NCBI RefSeq assembly: GCF_964204645.1
Contig: NC_134027.1
Span: forward strand, 11,130,485-11,194,484
DNA length: 64,000 bases
Source: Tubulanus polymorphus
Lineage: Eukaryota; Animalia; Nemertea
Direction of reading: 5' to 3'
The notes beneath the pieces were generated by a model that saw nothing but the letters and a program-made list of their open reading frames with translations, did not search any database and was not told where the DNA came from. The position numbers were made by a program, and so were the translations under genes. How positions within the stretch are numbered: position 1 is the stretch's first letter; each line of letters begins with the position of its first letter. Positions 11,503-30,361 of the stretch are shown here, one piece after another.

Positions 11503-14500
11503 TTATGACCATTGTTGGAAGCCACCTCCGGCAGATGTGGCCATTCTCATTTGGCCCCAAGTCTTTTTGTGTGTCTTCAGCGCCATCTATAAGTGGAGAG
11601 AGACAAAAGAATTGATGCAGTTGTAAAGATTGAAGGAACAAACCAAAGGCGAATTTATCATCCCAATCAAAATGGAAACTGACTTAAATCAATAAGGCTT
11701 TACTCTGCAGTCAACCCTCGATATACCCCCCTCCCATATACCCATACTCCCGTATATCGGGGGGCTGACTGTATTTAAAGTTTGTGGATGATGCCATATT
11801 GAATTGACCGATCACCAGAACTGGACCAAACTATGGTGGAGCCTTGTTACAACAGACTTCAGGGACCAGAAAAATGTTCAGTTGGTTCGTTATATACAGT
11901 ATGACAATATCAAAATTGTCCTATTCTGGACAAAATTCTAGGTTTGTAATAACCGAAAAAATCGTTTTATCCCAGGTCGTTATGACGAGGCCCCAAACGA
12001 ATCACAGACTTAAAGTTTCAGAGTTATTGAAAATATGTAATCCTTACGCAGGCTATTTCAACTTTTCGTTCCCAACTTTTGACTTTCTTCTGTATTTCGT
12101 ATAAGTCGGCCTTCTCTTGTACATATTCCATCACTTCCGGTACGCGATAGTCTGCTAACTGTTGACGTAATTTGCGGTTTATCTTTTCAGCTTTCGTTCT
12201 TTCCTGCATACGAGAAAAGTAGTGGCTTTCTCAATCTAAGTCAGCTCGTTATTGGCTACAGCATTCATATCGATAACCTTTACTAGCATATGCTTTTCAT
12301 TTCTAATCGAAAACTACAAACCTCCTCAACTTGATCTGTTTCTGCATCAATTCGTGATGATAATTCATTACGCGATTCGATATCAGCTTTCAGACGATTC
12401 GATTCCATTGTCAATAAATGTAACTTTTTCTGAAATTTTTAAATCACAACTTTCAGATTTACCATTCATCCACCCCCTCAGATATACAACCCACCATCAT
12501 TCTTATAAGTTCTAGATACCAGATACAGCCGAAGTCTGTTATAACCCCAATCTTTTTAACGCCAGTTCTCACTTTATGCCACCATTTTTCACAGAACAAA
12601 TTTGCTCAATATAGCTCAAATTCAATGAAAATATTCTTTACAGCGCCATGTTTTTCGTTCGTCCCGATGGTGGCATTATGAAGGACTTTTACTGCATTTC
12701 GCATTGTTCAGGGCCCATCTCAAGACTGGGTGAAAATGAACTTACAAATGGACTACAGCCAGGAATTCGATTATACATGGTAAATGCTTGAGGGGTGAAT
12801 CCAAAGTACAGAATGATACCTGAATCACAACTAGTCCGTAACTCACAGATTACCTACCTTGTACATATTGAGAACCTGAAGCGTGTTTCCGGCCATCAAT
12901 TTCAGTCGTAATAAATCCTGATTTCTTTCGTCGATTTTCTCCAGATACTGACTGTTCTCGATTTTCAACTGATTAAAGTCGACTTCATGTAAAACTTCGC
13001 CCATTTCTTCTTTCTGCAATTGTTCGAAACGATTTCCAATTTTGGTAAAATCTTCAAGAGGTAGGTACACGTGTAATGTACCTGTTTTTTGAATGATCGG
13101 ATTTAGGCCTACCTGTTTCAACTGCATATGCAGTTTTTTCTTTTGAACTTTCAGAGTTGAATTTTTCAGACGCAATTTTTCGATGAGCGTGTCCTGTAAT
13201 GAATAAATGCTCACATTTCAATTAACGATTTTAGATATAAAAACACAAGCGTTTGCAATAGCAAATATATTTATAAATCCAAAATAAGACATGATTTTGG
13301 AGAGGAACATAAGAGTTCTTAGCCCTTTCGCTGCAAACACCCACTAATCTACACACCCTAATAGCCTAAAGCGTTGCAATTTTGCAGCATGACTGTTACC
13401 ACAACCACACTACAGTGAAATTTTCTAAATCTTTTCCAGCAATAAGGCGTATTGGGGAAACTGTCAGCATTGAAAGGGTTAATCAAATACTGCTAACAAT
13501 TCATGCTTAATTTCTTTAACTCTTTTATGGTAAGTTAATTATGTAATTTATGGTAAGTTAATTATGTAAAGAGGCTCCGAGACCATGATCAACCAAACAA
13601 CACATTCTGTAACTCACCCGCGATCGTAATTTATCCTCGAAATAACGCACAACTCGTTCAGCGATGACCTTCGCTGTTCGAGCATTGACGGCTCCTTTCA
13701 CGATGTCTCTTTCGAATTCATACGACGATTTCTTAGTTTCTGCTAGACGCATGTCACTTTCTTCCATTATTGCCTAACAACGAAGGAAAAGATGAAATAG
13801 GTAAGATCCCCATTGAGATTTATCTCATTAATATTGATCTATTATAGGCTGATCCAGATACTATTCAGGGGTGGACCACAATCGATAGGGTATTACTCAG
13901 ATATAGGATGCAGGGAAATCATACTACGTAGTTTTGCATAATCCATTTGTTTGTTTGGCTTAACTTGTTGTTTGCTTGGATCTTAGTTTCCCAAGACTAA
14001 CCCTATTGGATTATTCATTTAACCTCACGACGGCACGGCCTTTGAAGTGTTGCCTGCACACACTGTAAGCAGCCAGCAGGATTCGAACCCCACATTTACG
14101 GCACTGTTTTCATATTGGAGGACCTCAATTTTCTCAAAGGAATTTCAGAAGGATAGACCACGCCTGTAAATCAGTTTAAACACCCACCCGGTACGTATCT
14201 AAAACTTTTTCCGAATCTTCTTTCAATTTTTCGATATCTTCCCGAAGCTCCTCGATTTCACGTTGAGCAATGTCGCATTTTTGTTCGGCCGACAATCGGA
14301 GACTTTTATCCATATTGCTGCTTCTGCTCTTGGATCGCTTTCTGCCGACCGCGCGTACATTTTCCATTGTTGAAAGCGACGGCGTCGTGGTGACATGAGT
14401 TTGAAATCCGGTCAGGTCTTTCGGCTCGACGCGTTTCAGATATTTCTCAAACATTTGTGTCTCCGCTGCGAGGACTTCATTTGCCCGACTGAAATTAGAA

Positions 14501-15135
14501 GAACAGATTGATTGTACAGTCGTCATATTGGTCTATTGCTGATTGGGTCACCTATCCACTGTGTGGCGCTGGTGTTATTAAAGAATAGTGTTATGGTTAG
14601 GTTATGTACATAGCCATTAGGGATATCTAGAGCGTAGTCGCTCCCCCAATATTCACCCCTCTATATGCCAGAGATTTTTTCTGAGAGTAAGAAAGCAACA
14701 TCTGTATTTCTCTGGCGCTGACCCTTCTTCCTGATTTCATGCCGTAAACCTGCGCACTCGCTGACTCGGGCTAGCGTGGCAGGGTTTCGTGTCGTGGCTG
14801 AGTCAAGTGATGCAATCAGGTTCGAATCCTTGCCGGGCAGGTTTATTTGCCAATAACAATCAGAGACTCAAACCCAGAGATAAGATAGAGAAAAGAATCA
14901 ATAAAAAAATAGACTGAATTTTTGTTGACTCCTCGACTGATTGATGATAATTTGATTTATTTTGGTCTATGGGTCGGAATAAGAACAAAGGATTTTTCTT
15001 CATTTGCTATGTGTATACTTACACAGTTTCCTCGAGTAGAGTGTATAATTGTTCATCGGTAAGATCTTGAAGAGGGTCATCTTGAAGTTCATTAGTGCTC
15101 GTATCGACGCTCAGCGTTTCAGACTCGGCCGCCAT
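11503..15135 (-). CDS. CCDC113: Coiled-coil domain-containing protein 113 (CFAP263), about 8 exons
   Basis: MAAESETLSVDTSTNELQDDPLQDLTDEQL...; LRLSAEQKCDIAQREIEE; IEKLRLKNSTLKVQKKKLHMQLKQ|KEEMGEVLHEVDFNQLKIENSQYLEKIDERNQDLLRLK; YRVPEVMEYV...WERKVEIA; TAA at 11505-11503. Confidence 0.93.
11709..11771. mobile_element. Short Tc1/pogo-type MITE remnant
   Basis: cagtcaaccctcgatatac...gtatatcggggggctgactg followed by TA; similar element at about 12525-12695. Confidence 0.55.
14015..14100 (-). mobile_element. tRNA-derived SINE-like fragment
   Basis: Minus strand ggggttcgaatcctgctggctgc contains a Pol III B-box; no full cloverleaf. Similar B-box fragments on + at about 14819 and 43544. Confidence 0.35.
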
Positions 15136-15149
15136 TTTGATTTACAAAC

Positions 15150-15164
15150 GTTACCAATAGCAAC
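15150..15164. promoter_or_regulatory. RFX X-box just upstream of the CCDC113 ATG
   Basis: GTTACC-AAT-AGCAAC fits the X-box consensus GTNRCC(N0-3)RGYAAC; lies about 15 bp from the start codon of a ciliary gene. Confidence 0.75.
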
Positions 15165-15811
15165 GAAAGACCCGAAATTATCGAAAGAAGTTTTTTAGAT
15201 CCCCCAATTTCGATATTCTAAATCTCACTCAAATTATAAGTTTATCGAGTTAATTCCACCTCGATGAGATGTTAATGACGCAGATAATGAGCGCTGAACG
15301 GGAAATTCGCCTAAAGTAAACCGCCGCGCCATCTGACGGCGACTGTCCGAACCCGATAGAGTGAACGCCATTTTGAATGAAAATCTCTACAACGCCGTAA
15401 AATCAAGTTTGAATTTGATGCTTTAGTTCACCTCTCCGATCGAGTAAACAGCCGCGAACCCAAATATTCCATTCCCCGAAACCGTGTGTTGATATCAAAC
15501 TGAAATTTATTGTTTAATGTGGTCGGAAAAACAGGGTAAATCTTCAGTGAATCATATCGTCGTGAGGCCTGCGTGGAGTTTTTTTGGCGTGGCCGCGGTG
15601 GTCGGGCGTTGTGGAAATAAAAACATTTTTTTCTGGGAAAGAATTACCCGTTAACTAGCGCCTACGTTCGATCAATGTGGTGAGGTCATCGGCGACCTTA
15701 AGGAATCTGTGGCTTGCTTCATCGTTTGGACGACTGTTCCAAACAGATTTCTCGGTCGGTTTTTCAACAAGCGCTAAAGTGTTTCGAAAGGTGCCCCCCG
15801 TTTCCAGCAGG

Positions 15812-23724
<7,913 letters not shown>

Positions 23725-24113
23725 ACGATATCATCCTCCTCAATCTCCTCCTATTCAATAATGAAATTACGACACCTAGACAGCGACGCGCGCATACGAA
23801 ATGAACACGGACTCCGTTGCGAGAATTCCAGCTAAATGCCACGTCGCCGCGTTATGCGTTGACAACCACGGACAAAGACGAAAGTTTGAATTCTCCGACT
23901 ATTGATTCGAAGTACCGGGTAATCGTTATTTTCGCGTGCGCGTCGTCCGATTAATTTTCCAGGTACAGACTATCTATCGTACACGGGGGGCTAAAATTCG
24001 TTGAAATGGGGGCCAATGAGAAACGCGGAGCGAAATCGCGGGAGCCGCCGCGCGAAATTTTCCCACGGACAATATTTAACGAATGAACAATGATGAATGA
24101 AAAAAAAAATGTC

Positions 24114-24114
<1 letters not shown>

Positions 24115-24149
<35 letters not shown>

Positions 24150-24153
24150 TAAT
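24115..24153. repeat. (AAT)n microsatellite downstream of the CK2 stop
   Basis: About 12 AAT units with one interruption. Confidence 0.95.
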
Positions 24154-24759
24154 ATGTATGGTGTGTTTACATTGAATACAATTGCCGTCTTGAAAAATGA
24201 TTTTGCAGAAAATTTGTATCTATTTTGCCGTATTTGGTGATCTGTGTTAGCACCCTGTTTTGTCAGTACTCTTCAAAGTTGATAGCCGTTGTGCACGCGA
24301 TACATTTTTATCGCAGCACGCCTCCCCCCTCCCTAATCGATATGTCGTTATATATACTTAGAATAGTCTCTTGAAACCTTCATACCTACATTATACGGCC
24401 TAGTTCGGTTCACCTAGACGTAAAGATGTTTGTCCGTTTCAAAAATAATGGTACAAAATTTGTGTCTTTCCGATAAAGATTTCGATCGATACTATTTACT
24501 ATAATGAGTCAACGGTGGTGAATGTCATTTACGCGGTTTTGTTACGGTCGCCGAAATTGAATTATTTTTCTATTAATAGATCATTCAATCAAAGTCGAGG
24601 GATTCGTGCCATTGATCGTTAGCGACTAGTAATATATCACTTACTCATTCATGACGTACTTATGATCTGCAGCCTGGAACCGCCCCTCGAGACGGATTAA
24701 CCGTCATTAGTGTTGTCAAAGTATCGACGATCATTGTTTTGAATACGGGGTTTTTGTTT

Positions 24760-24942
24760 GGGGCGGGCACAGGAAAGCCATGCTAGCTTTACCGTGGTTA
24801 GTGGCTTAGGCTAACCAGCTTAAAAAAAGAGGCCGCACGAAGACAATGGATAGCTTACAGCGATTTCCTGCGCCCACTTATGCCTAACCACAGTTTACTT
24901 ACCGCGGTTAGCGCTAACACGGTTGTCCTGCACCCGCCCCTG
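24760..24942. mobile_element. Foldback MITE in the putative CK2 3'UTR
   Basis: ggggcgggcacaggaaagccatgctagc pairs imperfectly with gctaacacggttgtcctgcacccgcccc. Confidence 0.65.
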
Positions 24943-24974
24943 ATGATTTGTAGACTGATATTAATCTCGGTATT

Positions 24975-25175
24975 CAGAGATAATCAAAACCTGCGGTTGA
25001 TGGTTTAGATATTTATTTTCTGGCAGTTCCGACTAAACTTTATCGTCAGAGAAACAGAACTTTCCTTTACCCGATTTTAGTTTCTCTGATGATGGAAGTG
25101 AAGTAAAAACTTCGAGAAACTGTCGGAAAATAAATTGTTTAAATCATCAATCGTGGGTTTTGCCTATTTTTCTGA
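24975..25175. mobile_element. Foldback element with hammerhead-like cores (Penelope-like LTR derivative?)
   Basis: Inverted arms; + arm tttct-CTGATGA-tggaagt..acttcga-GAAA-ct-GTC-ggaaa at 25081-25129; - arm CTGACGA...GGAAC is degenerate. Confidence 0.5.
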
Positions 25176-28100
25176 TGTTTCTTGTCTTTTTCGTTACGGG
25201 TAGTTCATTTTCGAGTGCGAAGGGGGCGAGTTCCTGTGCAGACGCGAGGAAACCCGGATGATCAAAAATCGGACGTACGGCGACAACTTCATCGGTATCG
25301 AATGTCTGAGGTGGTGTGTGTCCAGGTAGCAGTTGTTCGGCTATGAATTTTTGCCCTGTTCAGAATTGAAAAAAATTGAGCCTTCCTCGCCGAATTCACA
25401 TCCAATAGATGTTATTGTAAATAAAACATGTTTCGCGCAATGGTAAATACTAAATGTATGAAGGCTATTGTATGATGATCATCATCCAAGTGAAATAATG
25501 AAACAAATGATTCCTTGTGTTTTTTTTTTCTAACCGGCATGTTGTCGTACGTCAAATCGAGGCGTTACGTAACATTAAAACATACGGAGCCGTTCGTAAA
25601 TGTGGGTACATGAGAAATTTCGCTGATTTTCAAAGCCCCTTCCTCATGTACGCGATTGATTGATAAGCATTTTATGTACATAGGAAGGAGTGGAAAATTT
25701 TCATGAATGGCCCCTTATATGTTATTTCTATTATCTGTGAACTACAATGAATTTTATTTTCTGTTTTGTAAAATGTCGTGCCGATCGAAATTTAAGAAGT
25801 CTCAAAATTATTAGCAGTATTTACAGTTCAATTCTGTGTTGCTTGAGGGTATCATTTGGATCGTAGACATATCGGATACCCCCGAGTTGAAAATTGTAGA
25901 AATTGTAAGCCTTTCTTCTGAAAAAGATCATAAATTCACCGCGTTGAGTGAGTTGTCCAGTTTATGTCGGGATTGCAACTGAAACTTTGTTCTTTCAAAA
26001 AAATATCTCTAAATTTTTATTCTGCTTCTTGAATTTGTACTGGGATAAAATGGAATCGCATAAAATTTAGGTTTTACTGGTCGAGAAGTGCGTCTGTCCG
26101 TATTGGGCATTCTATCGAACCATTTCGAGCTTCGTCTTATGTCGAGAAGACATTCTTTACTTGAACTGAAAATTCCTATTATTTTACCAGAGTCAGTTGC
26201 TCAAAAGTTTGTAAAGAGATAACCGGCGGATAATAACCATAGTAACAATGAACTTTTAATTGTCAGTGTGTTAACCATCTACTGCTTGACTTTAACTTTA
26301 ACCAACTTTTGAGCGGACTAATTGCTGGATGTGGTGAATGTTTGCATATTATTGTAATAGATCCATTCGTGCAATTGCATGTGTTTTTTCACCCTAGGTC
26401 CATTCTTACGCAGAAGAAAATAGGGATGGAACTCTGTACTTTGTGTTACTTCTAACGTTTGACGAGCAAAATGTCCAGGCCATTTCCGTGTACATATATA
26501 GAAATACGGCCATTGTTCCCCCTTGAAATATGCATATATAAATATATATATTATTTAAGGAAAAATATTAATGAACAATGAAATTAATGTCATTTTATTT
26601 TGTATCCATCTGCGACTGTTAAGTGTATACTTACTTAGTGTATTGATTAGTCTGCTTGTAGTAAGTCACTGGATTTCTCTATACCGACTATTTAAGAATT
26701 TTTTCACTGCTTACGTCCGGCAGACTAGTATGAAGTCGCGTTCCGGATGTTCGAAGGGTGCTTTAAAAAAGATTAACGTGGGAAAGACCATTTTCTAAGC
26801 TACCGTATCCCCTGTTTTTAATTTGCAACGCGAATAATATGTCGATTCAGTGTGTTATGATGTTTAGTAAGATAGTTGAATAATAAATGATATTACATCC
26901 TTGCTCTACCAGTTACGAGGTATATTTTTTCCGTTTCTTAGTGCCACTTGAATAAATTATTATGGATATTATTACGTGGAGGAATAGCAAACTGCTATCA
27001 GAAAACTTAAATGATAAATAAATAAACATGTACAATTGTAAAATGGAAGTGATGTTGTAGTCGATTTCTTGAATGTTTCAATATGTTGGCAGCAGATACG
27101 TTCATGAGTCAGCAACTGGATTTCTTAAGCATTATCGGATCGTCAGCCCTAAACCAATGAAAAGCATATAACCAACGATTGAGGCTACACTACCCAACCT
27201 TCGCAACCTCTCTTATGCCTAACCTGAGAGTCCTGAATTTGGAATACAATGCTAGAAACTTTTGATCGAAATGACTTAGAAAAAAAGATGTCCCACATCC
27301 AGCGCTAGACCAGATATAAGTTGATCCCTGTTAAGCTGTGTTCATTATCAGCTTGTGGTTATCCTCCTCATTTCTGTTGCTAAGTTTCACGCCAGGCAGA
27401 CAGAGCTCCCTTTCTTGGCTTAATTTAGCTGGTTGATAAGTAAATGTTAGAGAGATGGTACGTTTGATTAGTAGTTGGTTATATAAATCCTCAATGATTA
27501 GATAAATCAGTATAGAACATTATTGGACAAATTTTTCTTCTATTGTTAATTTAACGAATTAGTTAGATTAGTTTATTTTCGTTGATTTGACGGAAATTAT
27601 TATCTAGTGTTAACTTGTGATTTAGATAAAAGCATCATACTAGAAGTATATCTTTTTTAACAAAATAATTATTCCAAACATTTTTAGAAAGACACCAGCA
27701 TTGTCGTCAATGTGGAATGATCACTAAATAGGGACTCTACATTAAAGTGTGGTTTCGCCCCCCCCCCCCCCCCCGGCTGCTTCAAATGATAACCAAGGTC
27801 AGATTTTCCACTTTTTTCTTATGTGGGGAAAATAGATTAGTGTTCATAAGGAAATTTGTTTATAATAAAACCGCTCGTTGTGACTGGTCACCGATTTGTT
27901 TCCAATAATAAACGCCTCATGGATTTAAGTCTTAAACGGTGTCCTTGGAATCAATTATAATTTCAAACAGCGCCATAAGTAATTAATTGTTAATTACGTA
28001 ACTCAAGGCGTTCGACTTTTACTACTACGACGCCGGATCGTAGTATTTCTCCATTGATAAAATATCGACCAATCAAATCGCTCGAAATATCGCCGCGGCA

Positions 28101-28490
28101 ACAGATCGAATTAGACCTGTTCACATAGCGAGCAATACACATGAGCGTGAAATAATCACGTATTTTCACTTTTTCGTAATTTGCGCTAATTCGAAGTTTT
28201 TTGATCGGATTTTTTGCCCGATTTCTATCTTAAAACGTCTACTGGGAATACGCGGCAAATGTTTTTCGGTAAGTATACGCCGCAAATAGACAGCGACGAA
28301 CCTAGCAACCTGGAATAAGTGCGCGGTGTGATGCGCCCTCCTGACAACGAATACTAAGGCATTTTATACACAACTAGTGCATTCACTTAGTGACTAGCGA
28401 GCAAGCGGTACACGCAGGACTATCGGTCTTCTCTCGATCTTCAATTCACAGCGATTCGTAGCGGTCAGCGGCGTTGACCAGTCTCCAGTC

Positions 28491-30361
28491 ATGTTTAAGA
28501 ACACTTTCCAGAGCGGTTTCTTGTCGATACTGTACAGCGTGGGGTCTAAACCTCTACAAATATGGGATAAAGTGGTAAGAAAACTTACTCTAGATTTCGA
28601 TCGCCGTTTATAAGAACAGAACATGGCTGCTGTCATGGCTCTGAACGTAATATGGAGTCTAGTGTTTGGGTTTGTTGCTATCTTATATTTCGTTAGTTAC
28701 CGGGTTTAGATCACTTAGTTTATAGCCTCATATTAATAAATCCGAGTAGAATTCGCGATTTCTAAATCATTTGTACTCGATATTCTGTTGTAAAGCGGTT
28801 TATTTTTGTTTGAATGGGCGGTTACCAAGCATGTGTCTGACTTTCCAAGTCCATGATGACTTGGAAGTTTGCTTTCTTGCTAATTACTCTTGTACCTGGA
28901 ATGGAATTGTATTTTATTTCAACTGTATTGTTTCATTTATCCTATTTAAAGCGATGTAGGCGTATTTTCGCACACCGGAAACTTTTGCGAGCAATTTGTT
29001 TATCCCATGACAACACTAATAACACAACATGATATGCCAGATTTCCAAGATGTATTGATTTCATTTATGTTGAATATGGTTGATCCTATCTTACATGGAG
29101 ACATTCTAAGTTTTTTTGGGTATTGTTGGACCAAACCTCCAAATCTGTGGAGCGAGACCTATCTACTTTATCATGGTAGCCCTATGGCCTGAGAAATGTC
29201 TAACATGGTTTCTTCGTTACATCTTTTCAGGTTAGAAATGGTCACATAAAACGTATTACGGATAATGACATTCAGTCTCTAGTTTTAGATATCAGTGGAA
29301 CTAATGTTAGGTAGGCATTTCTAATTAATGATTTCATGTCATTGTTATGAATATTTTCATCGACACAGCATCATTCGAAAGACGAAGAGAACTTTATGAT
29401 TATTTTTTTCTTTTCACAGCACAACATTCATCAAGTGTCCGGCAGATCCATGTTCTCATAAAAATCTTGGAATTAAGCTTCCGTTTTTAGTCATGATCAT
29501 CAAGAATTTGAAAAAATACTTCACATTCGAAGTAACGGTATGTATCTGGCCTTTAGGAATGGCTTTTCGAAATGGAAACCGCATTTTTGAGCGAGTAATC
29601 ACGATTCCTTTATCGGCTCTTTTTCAGGTATTAGATGACAAAAAAGTTAGGCGCCGATTTAGGGCGAGCAATTATCAAAGTACAACCCGTGTGAAACCGT
29701 TTATCTGCACGATGCCAATGAGATTAGACGATGGCTGGAATCAAATTCAATTCAATTTATCAGATTTCACTAGACGAGCATATGGTACAAATTACATAGA
29801 AACGCTTCAAGTACAGGTACGCATAATCAGACGAGTTTGATCTTATGTTCCTGGATTCCGTATAAATTTCTCTTAAGAGTCAAGATATATTTCTCTGATT
29901 CATAGTACTGGATAGTACTCAATGATCCAACTCATAGAGTTTATTTAAGAGTCAATTTTGATTTTTATCTGAGTAAAGATCGGCTAAAATCGAAAGTAGT
30001 AAGCTATTGAGAATGAACTGATTTGTCTACATTCATCAAAACAGTACATTGATTGCCAATTAAGAAAGCTCATAAGAGTCTTTACCTATAATCTTCAGAG
30101 TTAGCTCATTGAAAACAAGCTAATTCTACTCTTTTAAGAGATTGACTGTTACTCGATATTTTTCATTTGGTTCCGTAAATACGGAAGCCGATCCTCGTGA
30201 GAAGCGAGTTCATTTCAACACGTATCGCATTTTCTCCCGTTTTCCAGATTCACGCCAACTGCAGAATTCGACGTGTTTACTTCTCCGACCGATTATACTC
30301 GGAAGACGAACTTCCAGCCGAATTCAAATTATACCTCCCGCTTCAGAAGAACGTGAAATAA
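28491..30361 (+). CDS. CFAP20: Cilia- and flagella-associated protein 20 (BUG22/C16orf80), 5 exons (approx. 28491-28574, 29231-29310, 29420-29537, 29628-29816, 30248-30361)
   Basis: [27 protein letters not shown]; [16 protein letters not shown]; [36 protein letters not shown]; [31 protein letters not shown]. Confidence 0.98.

Noticed and set aside
14770-14840. Possible tRNA gene (GGTTCGAATCC)
   Set aside because: B-box present but no convincing acceptor or anticodon stems; more likely a SINE remnant.
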